This document shows positions 48,655 to 59,400 of a DNA stretch of 64,000 nt, piece by piece. Below the pieces are notes generated by a model. The model ran no database searches, was not told the origin of the DNA, and was given only the letters and a program-made list of their open reading frames with translations. The number at the start of each line of letters is the position of its first letter. Position 1 is the first letter of the stretch. The DNA is from a virus (Duplodnaviria > Caudoviricetes). A program made the translations under genes and the position numbers. The DNA is taken from IMG/VR virus record IMGVR_UViG_3300028805_000101, positions 1-64,000 of that record. The stretch is one strand, 5' to 3'.

Positions 48655-51098
48655 TATTCTATAAATTCGGATGATAATATACCGTTTGAACCTCTATCAA
48701 ATGAACAGATAGTTCGTTTACTATTAGTCCAAGTAACATTGTCTATACGAATATACACATCTTCAAATCCTGTTTTTACAATACCACCTGAGCCATTCAT
48801 TTTCATGGCGGGAATACCACCCTGATGATTTACATAAGCACCAACAGAACCCCACCAGTTACCAGATGTACCATTATTACAGCACCAATAAGTATTTCCA
48901 TTATTATGATACAAACCACCAAAACCGTGAGATACATATCCTTCGGTTAAAATTCTTGTAATGGCACTAGCTGTAACATCAGCAAATACAGCCACATTTG
49001 GATTTTTAGACTGAATCCATCTTGCCTTATATATTGGTGATGTAGTTTCTTCTTGCTGAATTACCATAAATTCCCATTTATCCACCATATCACAAATAGA
49101 GCCATCAAAGAATCTATTGGTATCTTTATACACACCTGTTCTAAATGGATCTGTACCAGTAAATAAATATGTAGCAGGTGCATTATGATGAACTATCCTT
49201 ACCCAACAAGAACCATCTGGTTCAAAATATAAATTTGTATCGTATTTACCTGGAAGTTCAGATATATTTGATGCTTTTGATATACCCGTTCTTGTATGTG
49301 AGATAATTGAATTACCTTCTTCAATAGATGTTGTAAATAATTCTCCTTTATTGGATATAGAAATTGGATTATTATATAATGCTTTTACATCTTCTGGTGA
49401 TAATGCTTTTCCATAAATTCTAAAATCGGACATCATTCCCTGAAAATAGTTTGAATCACTTAATGAATCGGTTGAAGATCTACCTAAACTTGCTTTATTA
49501 TTTGATTTTGAAAGTGTAGAACTAGCAGTGACACTTGAAACTTGAACACCATTCAAATAAGTAATTTTATTACCACCATATTTCCAGGTCACAGCAAGAT
49601 GATACCATTTATTGCTTACCAAGGTTGTACTACATGTTGTTTGATTATCATCATCTACTCTTAATTTACTTCCTATAAGAAATATACCTATGGCTTTACC
49701 AGTTGTAGTTCTACCATTCCAAATACATTGTTGTTTAGAAATACTTGAACTATTAAACCACAATGATATAGTAAATTCTTTAGTTGTTGATTTTATTGGA
49801 TCTGGTATTGGATATATACAATTACCACCTGATATATTTAGAGATCTTTCATATCTAGGTGTAGAATTATTTGTTGTAAGTGTTCCATTAAGTGAAGAAT
49901 GTCTACTATATCCGCTTACATCCTCCACTGTATTTAAACCATATCCAAGCATGGTATATTGTGGTTGATTTGGTCCTGGTACGAATGTAGTATAACTATC
50001 TTCTTCTATTTTAAAATCCCAAAAATAATGTGTAATTGAAGTTGAACCATCTGAATATAAATTCGTTCTAAATGTTATATCTTGAGCATTACTTGGTGAT
50101 GTCCATTTCCATACATATAAATTATTTTGCGGATCATTTATATAAATGTTATTTACATTTAAATTTGGTGCAGAATCATATTGACCTATAGCTTTTGAAG
50201 TACCTTGATTTCTTAAATATAAGAATATAGTAAACTGGTTTCTTTTCGCTAATGTATCAATACTTTCATGTGCTCCAGGCACAGCATCACTATGTACAGT
50301 AATATAATATACTTTTCCTGGTGTTAAAGTTACAAGAGAATCATTACCTAAATATTTCATACCATCTTTTGCAGAAGTAGTATGTACAATTGGATTGGAT
50401 TGTGAATATTCTCTTGACCAAGTTAATAAATTTGGATTTCCAGGTAAACTATTTACTTCATCTAATTTATAGTGTATTAAAAGTCCATTAGAAATTTCAT
50501 GAATTTCTTTATCACTTAATGTATTATTATAGATTCTAAAATCACAGATTGAACCAATTAAAGGATAAATGTTTCCACCACTATAATAGAAACAACTTAA
50601 ACCTACACCAACACTTTCTGCAAAAGTAGGTAATGTACCACTAAATGTAGCAGTAGTTTTTAAAGTACCATCAAGATAAATTTTAATTTCCGTTCCTTGT
50701 CTAGTAAATGTAATATGATGCCATTCATTATCTGGTACACCAGTAACTTCCCAAAATGTTGTACCAAATACTATACGAACACTTGTAGTAGAATAAACTT
50801 GTAAACCATATCCCCTACCACCTGCATCGGCTCTACCGTTAGTAAATGCCCACATAGAATTTGCAGTTTTTGCTGAAAAGTTTTTATTTATCCAACAACA
50901 CCAAGAAAAATCGTCATTTATAAAATTTAATTCCGTTGTAGAAGTAGTAATTCTTTGACCAGCATTATTATTAAATGTAGCACAACCACCAATAGGGCTA
51001 GTATTACCCCAAGATGCAGGTGAACCTGTAGTATAATAATCTGATATACCTTGATTCTTGTTATCACTAATTAAGGGCAACCATAATTTCAATGCCAT
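48651..51098 (-). CDS. LamG / concanavalin A-like lectin domain tail protein
   Basis: two LamG-type repeats (FSWCCWI...WHHITF...IYLDG...DFRIYNNTLS; FTISLWF...WYHLAVT...DFRIYGKALS). Confidence 0.85.
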   Translation of the reverse strand: MALKLWLPLISDNKNQGISDYYTTGSPASWGNTSPIGGCATFNNNAGQRITTSTTELNFINDDFSWCCWINKNFSAKTANSMWAFTNGRADAGGRGYGLQVYSTTSVRIVFGTTFWEVTGVPDNEWHHITFTRQGTEIKIYLDGTLKTTATFSGTLPTFAESVGVGLSCFYYSGGNIYPLIGSICDFRIYNNTLSDKEIHEISNGLLIHYKLDEVNSLPGNPNLLTWSREYSQSNPIVHTTSAKDGMKYLGNDSLVTLTPGKVYYITVHSDAVPGAHESIDTLAKRNQFTIFLYLRNQGTSKAIGQYDSAPNLNVNNIYINDPQNNLYVWKWTSPSNAQDITFRTNLYSDGSTSITHYFWDFKIEEDSYTTFVPGPNQPQYTMLGYGLNTVEDVSGYSRHSSLNGTLTTNNSTPRYERSLNISGGNCIYPIPDPIKSTTKEFTISLWFNSSSISKQQCIWNGRTTTGKAIGIFLIGSKLRVDDDNQTTCSTTLVSNKWYHLAVTWKYGGNKITYLNGVQVSSVTASSTLSKSNNKASLGRSSTDSLSDSNYFQGMMSDFRIYGKALSPEDVKALYNNPISISNKGELFTTSIEEGNSIISHTRTGISKASNISELPGKYDTNLYFEPDGSCWVRIVHHNAPATYLFTGTDPFRTGVYKDTNRFFDGSICDMVDKWEFMVIQQEETTSPIYKARWIQSKNPNVAVFADVTASAITRILTEGYVSHGFGGLYHNNGNTYWCCNNGTSGNWWGSVGAYVNHQGGIPAMKMNGSGGIVKTGFEDVYIRIDNVTWTNSKRTICSFDRGSNGILSSEFIEY

Positions 51099-51108
51099 AA
51101 TAAACCTA

Positions 51109-54100
51109 TTAATTAAAGATAAAATCTACTGAATTAGTTGCTGTATTATATTCCATTGTAGCACTTGATGTGATACCAAACTTATTTGCTCTTACCATTT
51201 TTGTACTTGGATTGACTGTAACAACATCAGCAAATCTTGCACCAGCAGTTACTGTAGTTGTACCACTTGAATCTTTTGTTAAGATTGGATAGAATACATT
51301 ATCACTTGTAACAGTTTGAGAAACCTTTGTATCAGTATTTGTTGCCCATGTACTACTATTGGCAGTAACAGCACTCCAAGCACTCCAGCCAGATTTAGCA
51401 CTATTTGTTAAACCTGCTTTGTTAGTATTCCAGTCAGCTGCATATCCACTAGCCGTCTGTATATTGGATAAATGTGTAGCTGTAATGAAGTTTGCAGTTG
51501 TATATGTAGTATCTTTTGCTGTAATCGTTATTTGTGAATTACTTGCAGATGTAAATCCAATATTTGTTCCTGCATTAAGTTTCAATGCACTTAAATAATA
51601 TACCCCAGTAGTTGTTCCATTTATTCCAGAAACTTGGAACCCTGATGGAATGTATGCTGTAGAGTTGTCATTTTTTGCTGAAATGTAAATATCATTTCCA
51701 CTAACAAAGAATTGTATATTTGAACCAGATGGCTTGAAGTTCACACCTGCAGACACATTTACAGCAATACCATTACCACTCAATTTATAAGCATGATTGT
51801 GTCCAGATAATGCATATCCACCAGGAAGAACACCACCAAGTTTATCCGAATCCGCTGCTTTTGCTGCATTGGTTGCAGATGTAGCAGATTTAGCATATAG
51901 AGCACTCGTACCATCAAAGTATGTTGATTTGTCGCTTGCATTTGCTATATCATTTCTAGCACTAATACCAATTGCTTTAGTACCAGCACTAGTTATGTTT
52001 ATATTCGTACCAGCACTTAGTTGAATACCGGCAGATACATTGAATGCTGTTGTATTTGCACTAATTGTGTAGTTGTGGTTATGGGATGCAACCGGAGCAG
52101 CACCTGCAGAAGTTGCATATGTTGCAGTTCCAGCATTTTTAGCTGAAGTAGCACTACAAGCACTTCTAGCAGAATTACCAGAAAAATAAGTAGCCGTATC
52201 ACTATGGGATGCAATAGTATGTGATGCAACAGGCGCAGCCTTTGCACTTAATGCATATTTAGCGGTTAATGCGGACAATGCCGAAGGAGCAGCCGTAGTA
52301 CCACTAAAATATGTTGCTGTGCCATTTAATGCTGATAAATAATGGTTATGGTTAGTTAGCGAATATCTATATACTGGAACTGTTGTTGGAACAGCATCAT
52401 AAACACTTTGTTCTACTTCAATATTTTGTGTTGTTACGGTATTATTTGTATTTAATACAGAATAATATATAGTTCCCCAACCACCTACTTTAACATAAAC
52501 TTCGGTGTTATCGGTTGTATGAGAAGTCTTAAATTCAAGACTTAAATCTTGTTCTGTTAATAAATAAACTCTATCTTTATTACCTGTTCCTTGGTAATTA
52601 TCATTTCTTATAACTAATAAACCTTCACCATTATTATCACCACTATCTCTTGAACCAAATATAAATGTTGTTGGTGTTGCTTTAGAACCAAATGTCAATG
52701 TACACATTTTATAATAATGTGCTGAACCATTATTTGCATTAATAATGAATGGCTTTAAATGTCTTGAATGTATAGCAGTTCCACTCAAATTACCACTAAA
52801 TGTAGTTGCTGTGATATTAGTTGAAGATATATTTTTAACTAATAATTTATTTGAACTTGGATTATATGTAAAGTCACTATCATAACCTACGGTAGTACTT
52901 GCTTTATTTTCACCAAATAAAATATATCTAGCAGAATCAGCATTCCATTGAGAGGCATTTACATTTGCTGCTGTACCAGCACTTGCCGCTTTAGCCGCAG
53001 AACCTGCACTCAGTGCAGATTTAGAAGTCAAAGCAGATAATGCAGACGGTGCCGCAGTAGTACCACTAAAGAAATTAGCAGTACCATTCAAGGCAGTCAT
53101 ATTATGGTTGTGGTCTGTAGTAGAATAATCACCACTAGCCTTAAATGCCATTGTACCAAATGAAATTGTCTTATCTGTGCTTTGGTTTAGTGTAAATGTT
53201 TGTGAAGTACTTGGCGAAGCAGCAGTAGTAATTGTAATGGTCTTATTGTTTACCGTTGGTATAGTATAGGTCTTTGAACTAATAGTGAGCGAATTAGCAC
53301 CACTAACGAAATCTATATTATTGCCAGCAATTAGTGTAAATTTATCAGCAGAATTAGCTGGAGCAAATGAACCTTTACTTGCAGAACCACTAGCAGCAGA
53401 AATTGAAGCATAATTCTTTATGTTCTTTACACCACTAACACCTGTCAAAGCACTATATTCAGTAGAATTTACACTATTCAATGAAGTATAAGTAGTATCT
53501 TTAGCAGATATGTTAATAGTATTAGCAGCAGTACTAATGGCTATATTTCCATTTGGTTTTAAGTTTATACCAGCAGAAACATCTAATGCTGTTCCAGCAC
53601 CACTCAATTTATAATTGTGGTTATGGTTTGATGGTGAAAAATCACCACTTGCCTTGAAGGCCATTGTTCCAAGTGTAATGGTCTTATCGCTATTTTGGTT
53701 CAATGTGAACGAACCAGTTGCTGGTGAAGCACCAGATGTAATTGTAATTGTTTTATTATTAGGTATTGTATCTTTTGCAGTAATACCAATTATATTTGTT
53801 CCAGCAGAAACTAGACCAATGTTCGTACCAGCGCTCAATTGAATGTTACTAGATACATTGAATGCAGTTGTTCCGGCCGAAATTTTATAATTGTGGTCAT
53901 GTGCTATAAATGGGGCAGCCCCAGCTGATGTAGCATAATTAGCTGTGCCAGCATTTGTCGCATAATCAGCAGAAGTAGCACTAGAAACTTTAATATTCTT
54001 ATTTGTTAGATTGTAAGCATTTGTAGCACTTGTTGCTGATTTAGACCATTTAGCACTATTGCCATCAAATCGTGCAGCTGTCCAAGTATTGAAATCAGCC

Positions 54101-55926
54101 GTCTTATGGTAATCACTCAAATCAGTTGATGTATCACCAATCAATAGGAAGTCTGCAGTTGTACCATCCGTACCTGTAATAACATATTCATTATACCTGT
54201 CAGTACCAGTACCAACAGGACCAACAAGATAGATTGCAGTCTTATCATATGGTGTTGTAAAATTATCTAATGAAGTTTCAGGACCAATGAATGCAGCTTT
54301 AGTTACCATAGATGCAGTAACGAAATCATAAACTGCTTTTGGTGTTGTGAATTTATTTGTAGTAGAACTATTTACTGTTCCTGTATGAGCAGAAATTGCT
54401 TTCCAAGGAACATTATTAACGGTTGCATTACCTGTTACACTAGCAGCACCATTGAATGACACAGACCAAGTAACATCACCACTAGCCGCAATGTTTCTAG
54501 CCGAAGTTAATTTAGTAGCACTACCAGCACTATTAGCATAATTTGCGGTTTGAGAATACTTAACAGTTATGGCTGTGTTTGTTAAATTTGCAGCATTTGT
54601 TGCAGACCCAGCCAATGAAGCATAGTCAGCACTAGTAGCACTAGATACTTTAATGTTCTTATTGGTTAGTGTATCTGCACTAGAAGCACTTCCAGCTAAT
54701 GTTGCGTAATCTGCGCTTGTTGCGCTTGATACTTTTATGTTGGTGTTTGTTAGTACAGCAGCACTAGTAGAACTACCTGCTTTAGTTGCGTAGTCCGCGC
54801 TAATAGAAGAATTTACCTTTATTGCTGTATTAGTTAATGTTTCTGCTTTAGAAGCTGAACCGGCTTTCGTAGCATAGTCGGCACTTGTTGCAGATGCTAC
54901 TTTAATTCCTGTATTTGTTAGAACTTGGGCAGATGTTGCCGAACCAGCTTTAGTTGCATAATTAGCACTATTGGCTGTACCAGCAAAAGTAGCAGCACTA
55001 TTACTTGAATAACTTTTTGCTAGATAGTCATCTTTATGTGCTGTAATCCAAGCACTAGCAGCAGCACCACTATTGGCACTTTTTACTAAATTTGTTTTTG
55101 TGCTATTCCAATCATTAGACCAAGTATAAGCATTACTAATGTTTGTAGCAGAACTAGCTGTTATAAAATCGTTCGCACCATAAGTAGTATCTTTAGCCGA
55201 AATGTAAATGTCTTGTCCACTTACATAGTATTTGACATTATTTCCAGATACTTTTAATCCAATATCATTCTTAATACTAAGTGCCGTGCCATCGGTACCA
55301 TTTACTTTTACAAGATATTCGTGGTCATGTGGAGCAACTGGAGCTGCACCAGCACTAACAGCATAATCAGCACTTGAAACTTTTATATTCTTGTTTGTTA
55401 ATATAGATGCTGAAGTGGCACTTGTTGCTTTATCAGCACTTTTAGCACTGCCATTAGTGAAATATGAAGTTACACCGCTAACACCGGTTAAAGCTTTATA
55501 TTCATTTGTATTAATGCCATTTAATGAAGTATATGTAGTATCTTTTGCTGATAATGTAATTGTTTTATTTGCAGTTGTAACTGATATATTTCCACCATTT
55601 ACTATGGATAAAGAATCAGCTGATGTAGTAGCATTTATTCCAGCAATGGTTTTAAATGTTTTAATACCTTTTAGATTAGTAATGTCAGTTTGGTTTGCTG
55701 TTACCCAAGCCGATGCGGCTGCACCTGATTTAGCAGAATTTATAACATTATTTGCAGCTGTACCACCTAGATTTTGAGCATTGTTCGCTACGGCAGCACT
55801 ACCGGCAGACTTAGCAGAATCAACTGTTAATTTAGATGGTAATTCATCATAAAATGCTTGTAAACCACTAATGTTTACATACTTATTTTTCTTACTAGAA
55901 ATTGATGGGTCTATTGGATTTGCCAT
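51109..55926 (-). CDS. long Ser/Thr/Ala-rich tail fibre protein with HxH motifs
   Basis: internal repeats and seven HxH motifs; start re-called at MANP. Confidence 0.8.
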   Translation of the reverse strand: MANPIDPSISSKKNKYVNISGLQAFYDELPSKLTVDSAKSAGSAAVANNAQNLGGTAANNVINSAKSGAAASAWVTANQTDITNLKGIKTFKTIAGINATTSADSLSIVNGGNISVTTANKTITLSAKDTTYTSLNGINTNEYKALTGVSGVTSYFTNGSAKSADKATSATSASILTNKNIKVSSADYAVSAGAAPVAPHDHEYLVKVNGTDGTALSIKNDIGLKVSGNNVKYYVSGQDIYISAKDTTYGANDFITASSATNISNAYTWSNDWNSTKTNLVKSANSGAAASAWITAHKDDYLAKSYSSNSAATFAGTANSANYATKAGSATSAQVLTNTGIKVASATSADYATKAGSASKAETLTNTAIKVNSSISADYATKAGSSTSAAVLTNTNIKVSSATSADYATLAGSASSADTLTNKNIKVSSATSADYASLAGSATNAANLTNTAITVKYSQTANYANSAGSATKLTSARNIAASGDVTWSVSFNGAASVTGNATVNNVPWKAISAHTGTVNSSTTNKFTTPKAVYDFVTASMVTKAAFIGPETSLDNFTTPYDKTAIYLVGPVGTGTDRYNEYVITGTDGTTADFLLIGDTSTDLSDYHKTADFNTWTAARFDGNSAKWSKSATSATNAYNLTNKNIKVSSATSADYATNAGTANYATSAGAAPFIAHDHNYKISAGTTAFNVSSNIQLSAGTNIGLVSAGTNIIGITAKDTIPNNKTITITSGASPATGSFTLNQNSDKTITLGTMAFKASGDFSPSNHNHNYKLSGAGTALDVSAGINLKPNGNIAISTAANTINISAKDTTYTSLNSVNSTEYSALTGVSGVKNIKNYASISAASGSASKGSFAPANSADKFTLIAGNNIDFVSGANSLTISSKTYTIPTVNNKTITITTAASPSTSQTFTLNQSTDKTISFGTMAFKASGDYSTTDHNHNMTALNGTANFFSGTTAAPSALSALTSKSALSAGSAAKAASAGTAANVNASQWNADSARYILFGENKASTTVGYDSDFTYNPSSNKLLVKNISSTNITATTFSGNLSGTAIHSRHLKPFIINANNGSAHYYKMCTLTFGSKATPTTFIFGSRDSGDNNGEGLLVIRNDNYQGTGNKDRVYLLTEQDLSLEFKTSHTTDNTEVYVKVGGWGTIYYSVLNTNNTVTTQNIEVEQSVYDAVPTTVPVYRYSLTNHNHYLSALNGTATYFSGTTAAPSALSALTAKYALSAKAAPVASHTIASHSDTATYFSGNSARSACSATSAKNAGTATYATSAGAAPVASHNHNYTISANTTAFNVSAGIQLSAGTNINITSAGTKAIGISARNDIANASDKSTYFDGTSALYAKSATSATNAAKAADSDKLGGVLPGGYALSGHNHAYKLSGNGIAVNVSAGVNFKPSGSNIQFFVSGNDIYISAKNDNSTAYIPSGFQVSGINGTTTGVYYLSALKLNAGTNIGFTSASNSQITITAKDTTYTTANFITATHLSNIQTASGYAADWNTNKAGLTNSAKSGWSAWSAVTANSSTWATNTDTKVSQTVTSDNVFYPILTKDSSGTTTVTAGARFADVVTVNPSTKMVRANKFGITSSATMEYNTATNSVDFIFN
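52243..53112 (-). repeat. 108-bp degenerate direct repeats (52243-52350 and 53005-53112) flanking a 218-aa distinct domain
   Basis: HNHxxxALNGTAxxFSGTTAAPSALSALTxKxALSA occurs twice. Confidence 0.85.
54502..54921 (-). repeat. five tandem 84-bp (28-aa) repeats LTNxxIKVxSAxSADYAxxAGSAxxAxx
   Basis: visible in translation; period checked at 54921 and 54837. Confidence 0.85.
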
Positions 55927-55942
55927 AATATATTTATGACAA

Positions 55943-55969
55943 ATGCTAAACCTCATAAAGGTTTAGCAT
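55943..55969 (-). terminator. 11-bp hairpin between fibre genes
   Basis: ATGCTAAACCT-CATAA-AGGTTTAGCAT; short T tract on the minus strand. Confidence 0.55.
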
Positions 55970-55997
55970 CATATTTTAATAGATTATTTTGATTATT

Positions 55998-57650
55998 TTA
56001 CCATTTAATCCCAGATACTATTTCTCCTGATGTGTATGGTGTTAATCCCATATTGCCAGAATTAGTAGTAATCCAATTCAAAGCAGATTGACCTGATTGA
56101 GCAGAACCAATTAAATTGTCAATGGTAGAAGTTGTACCATTAGCACCACTTATATTAGTTCCACTAAAACCATCATTTGCGATAATTTTTTCAGCAGAAA
56201 TTGTATCGCCATTTATTAGAGAAGATACTGCAGCACTAGCAGCATGACCTTCCTGCATATATGTTATCGCAGAATCACTCAAGCCATAAGTAATATCATA
56301 AGTATTAGCAGTTGAACCTGTAACCCAATCTCCAATAGTAAATGTTGTTTTATATCCACTAGCATTTAATGTAATTGAAGTACCACTTGTGCTTGTTGTT
56401 GATGTCAATCCAATAGTTGTATTTTTACCAGCCGCAGTTGTTACACCAGTTATAGTCTGTTTAGCATGTGCTGTTACCCAATCATAAGCAGCACTACCAG
56501 CGGAAGCAGAAGTAATTACATTAGTTGCATTTTGTGCTGTAGAACCTTCACCAACATTTTGTGCATATTGTGCGGTTGAAGCACTACCGGCACTATTTGC
56601 GCTTCTTGATGTACCACTAAATAGACTATTTGTTGAATCACGCCAGTCAGTAAATGATGATGTTTTAAGATAATCAGTTAGGTCAGTTGAAGTATCACCT
56701 ATTTTTAAGAATGACCCAGTTACAGTAGCATCAGCAGTCAATACATATTCTTCATATTTGTCTTCACCAGATCCACTAGGACCAATCAAGTAGATACTTA
56801 ATTTATCATAATCACCAGTTGGGATAGCATTTAATGTTTCATATGGTCCTTTGAATGCTGCTTTAGTAGACATTGATGCTGTAATAGCATCATTTACTTG
56901 TTTTGGTGTTACGAAACCAGATTCAGTTGTAGCATCTACACCACTAGCACTAACATTAGTCATTGCAGACCAAGGAACATTAGTAATTTGTAGATTACCC
57001 GTTACATCACTTGAACCATCAAAAGAAACTGACCAAGTACCGTGTCCTGTTGCAGAAATAGTTCTAGCGGTTGCTAATTTTTCAGCTTCCGCAGCTGTAC
57101 CACTTAAGTTACCAGTAATAGATTGTGCAGATATACCAGTAAATATAGCACTTGTACCACTAGCAGTCAAAGCAGTCAAATTGGTGGCACTAATGGCAGT
57201 AGATGATAAATTTGTAGCCGTTACATTTTTAGCAGATATATTTTCATATTTGGCTGAATTACCTTCAGCAGTTAATGCTGTAATGTTAGTAGAACTTATC
57301 GTATCTCCACTTATATTTGTAGAAGATATTGTTGTTATTGTAGCACTTGTACTTGTTAAATTATTGGCAGTTACATTTTGACCAGATATAGCAGTCGCAG
57401 TAATACTTGGAATACCACCACCAGTGAAATTATCAATCCAAGCAGATGCGGCTGAACCACTAGAAGCAGCACCTGATAATGAAGCCATGTCTGAACCTTG
57501 CATGGCTATGTATTTTGATATAGCACTATTGGCGATTGGATGGTCGCTAGTTAAATTAAAATCTAAATCAGCACTTGTTTTTTTCTTTAATTCGTCATAG
57601 AATGCTTGTAAACCACTAAGGTTAACATATTTTCCTGATTCATCTGCCAT
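55998..57650 (-). CDS. tail fibre paralogue
   Basis: shares KYVNxSGLQAFYDEL and WxVSF...NVPW...IGDTSTDLxDY blocks with 51109..55926. Confidence 0.8.
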   Translation of the reverse strand: MADESGKYVNLSGLQAFYDELKKKTSADLDFNLTSDHPIANSAISKYIAMQGSDMASLSGAASSGSAASAWIDNFTGGGIPSITATAISGQNVTANNLTSTSATITTISSTNISGDTISSTNITALTAEGNSAKYENISAKNVTATNLSSTAISATNLTALTASGTSAIFTGISAQSITGNLSGTAAEAEKLATARTISATGHGTWSVSFDGSSDVTGNLQITNVPWSAMTNVSASGVDATTESGFVTPKQVNDAITASMSTKAAFKGPYETLNAIPTGDYDKLSIYLIGPSGSGEDKYEEYVLTADATVTGSFLKIGDTSTDLTDYLKTSSFTDWRDSTNSLFSGTSRSANSAGSASTAQYAQNVGEGSTAQNATNVITSASAGSAAYDWVTAHAKQTITGVTTAAGKNTTIGLTSTTSTSGTSITLNASGYKTTFTIGDWVTGSTANTYDITYGLSDSAITYMQEGHAASAAVSSLINGDTISAEKIIANDGFSGTNISGANGTTSTIDNLIGSAQSGQSALNWITTNSGNMGLTPYTSGEIVSGIKW

Positions 57651-57662
57651 AATTTATTCCCT

Positions 57663-58346
57663 CTACCATTGTATAAAATCATTAACTTGTGCAGTAGTTG
57701 CTGCATTGTCAGCAGTACCTACATTTATAATTTTGCCATTTTGTTGTTCAATAGCAGTAATTACATAATATGGTTCAATTGTATATGATGTAGTTGCTGC
57801 CGCAATAGTATTTTCTACATTATTAAGTCTATTGTTAATGTTTGATATAGTTGAAGACATTGCTGATATATTTGCACTATTTTCATTAATTCTAGCATTT
57901 ATAGCCGATATAACATCACCAAAATCAGCACTAGTTATATAAGTTTCATCTATTATATTACCTTTTCTATCTCTTTCAGCAAACTTTGCATAGATAGGAT
58001 AAGTTTCACCAGTCTGCTCATATTCAGCCAATGGGGCAATACCACTAGCACATTTACCACCAGACAGATTACCATAGTTAATCTTATTTAGATTGCTTTT
58101 AATATAATCTATTTTTGTTTCAAATTCAGCAATCTTATTTTCAACATATTCATATTCTGCTTGAGTATAGTCTTTTAATGCCTTAAAATCATTTTTTAAA
58201 GTCTGTAGTTCTGATGAACAAATACTCAACTTATTATTGAGAACTGTTACATTTTTATCAAAATTTGCTGTGATAAAATTGATTTCTTTCTCAATCTTCG
58301 CAATTAATTCATTAATATTTTTTGTCTGTACACCAAAACCAGTCAT
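57663..58346 (-). CDS. coiled-coil structural protein
   Basis: heptad-rich; YAKFAERDRKGNIIDETY fibre-like motif. Confidence 0.65.
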   Translation of the reverse strand: MTGFGVQTKNINELIAKIEKEINFITANFDKNVTVLNNKLSICSSELQTLKNDFKALKDYTQAEYEYVENKIAEFETKIDYIKSNLNKINYGNLSGGKCASGIAPLAEYEQTGETYPIYAKFAERDRKGNIIDETYITSADFGDVISAINARINENSANISAMSSTISNINNRLNNVENTIAAATTSYTIEPYYVITAIEQQNGKIINVGTADNAATTAQVNDFIQW

Positions 58347-58376
58347 ATTGTATTTATGACTTTTTAAAGATTTCTT

Positions 58377-59393
58377 CTATGGATTTGGTTTTGGTAGGCC
58401 ATTATCGCCAGATGTATAGGTGACTTTTTCCAATTCAAATTCGTCTACTTCCATATTCATATCATCAAGTTCTTTATTGAACTTCGTAGTATCTTCAGTG
58501 ACTTTTTCCTTAAATTTGTCAAATTCTTCATCCATGCCATCGGCATCTTGCATAATATGGTAGGTCTTCTCTCCAATTTCTCTAAGTTGGTCTGAATAAT
58601 CACCAAATCTACCAGCAATAGTGTCAGCATAAGATTCCAGTATTTCATAGTCTTTATTTGGATTATACAGAACATCCATGTGGTTCACATTCTTGGATTT
58701 CTTCAATGCTTCATATTTCAAGTAATCATTGGTCTTCAATGGGTCATTTATATTGTATTGTTCTGGGAAGTCCTTAGTTGCTACGTCCCAGATTGGGTCG
58801 GACAATGGAATTGTTGGACTATCATTTTTAATGGTCAGCTTGGTGTCCTTATACACCCTTAAGGTCAAAGTATATGTATGCGATTGCAAACCAAATGCTT
58901 CCTGGTAATATTTTACATCTCTTATTTCATAGAATGTATTGTTTTGTGGAAGATAGACTACATCACCAATTCTAGGCTGAAAATCATCATAAACTTTTGG
59001 TGTATTTCTATCTTTTCCACCATAAGTGCTCCAATATTTGAATGCTGTAACACCAACATAGCAAGTCACAACATCTTCACCCCAGATACCTTGAATCTGG
59101 TATGTGCGAACATTTGGAGGCAATGATTCTGTATAGAGCATGAAATTGAAAGCTCTTTCAACAACTTGTAGTTGGTCTTCACCAAAAATTCTATCTCTTT
59201 TAAGATTTTCTGATATCTTATAATAGACTGACTGTAAACCATATTTGCCATAAGCTTCAGTTGTAAATGCCTCTGCATTATGTCCTTCAGAATCAGATAC
59301 AATATTACCATTTACCGATGAACAATATTGATTTCTTTTTGGCATTGTTGAACATAGCCAAGGATATGCAGATATATTTACATTTACAGTCAT
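58377..59393 (-). CDS. T4 gp14-like neck / head-closure protein
   Basis: EA...YG...YY......DRIFGED...F.....E...PRIGDVVYLP..NTFYEI pattern, within the structural module. Confidence 0.7.
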   Translation of the reverse strand: MTVNVNISAYPWLCSTMPKRNQYCSSVNGNIVSDSEGHNAEAFTTEAYGKYGLQSVYYKISENLKRDRIFGEDQLQVVERAFNFMLYTESLPPNVRTYQIQGIWGEDVVTCYVGVTAFKYWSTYGGKDRNTPKVYDDFQPRIGDVVYLPQNNTFYEIRDVKYYQEAFGLQSHTYTLTLRVYKDTKLTIKNDSPTIPLSDPIWDVATKDFPEQYNINDPLKTNDYLKYEALKKSKNVNHMDVLYNPNKDYEILESYADTIAGRFGDYSDQLREIGEKTYHIMQDADGMDEEFDKFKEKVTEDTTKFNKELDDMNMEVDEFELEKVTYTSGDNGLPKPNP

Positions 59394-59400
59394 AATATAT

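Noticed and set aside
48651-57650. Diversity-generating retroelement or invertase shufflon acting on the tail genes
   Set aside because: No reverse transcriptase or recombinase in the window; the repeats are direct and differ at all bases, not just adenines.
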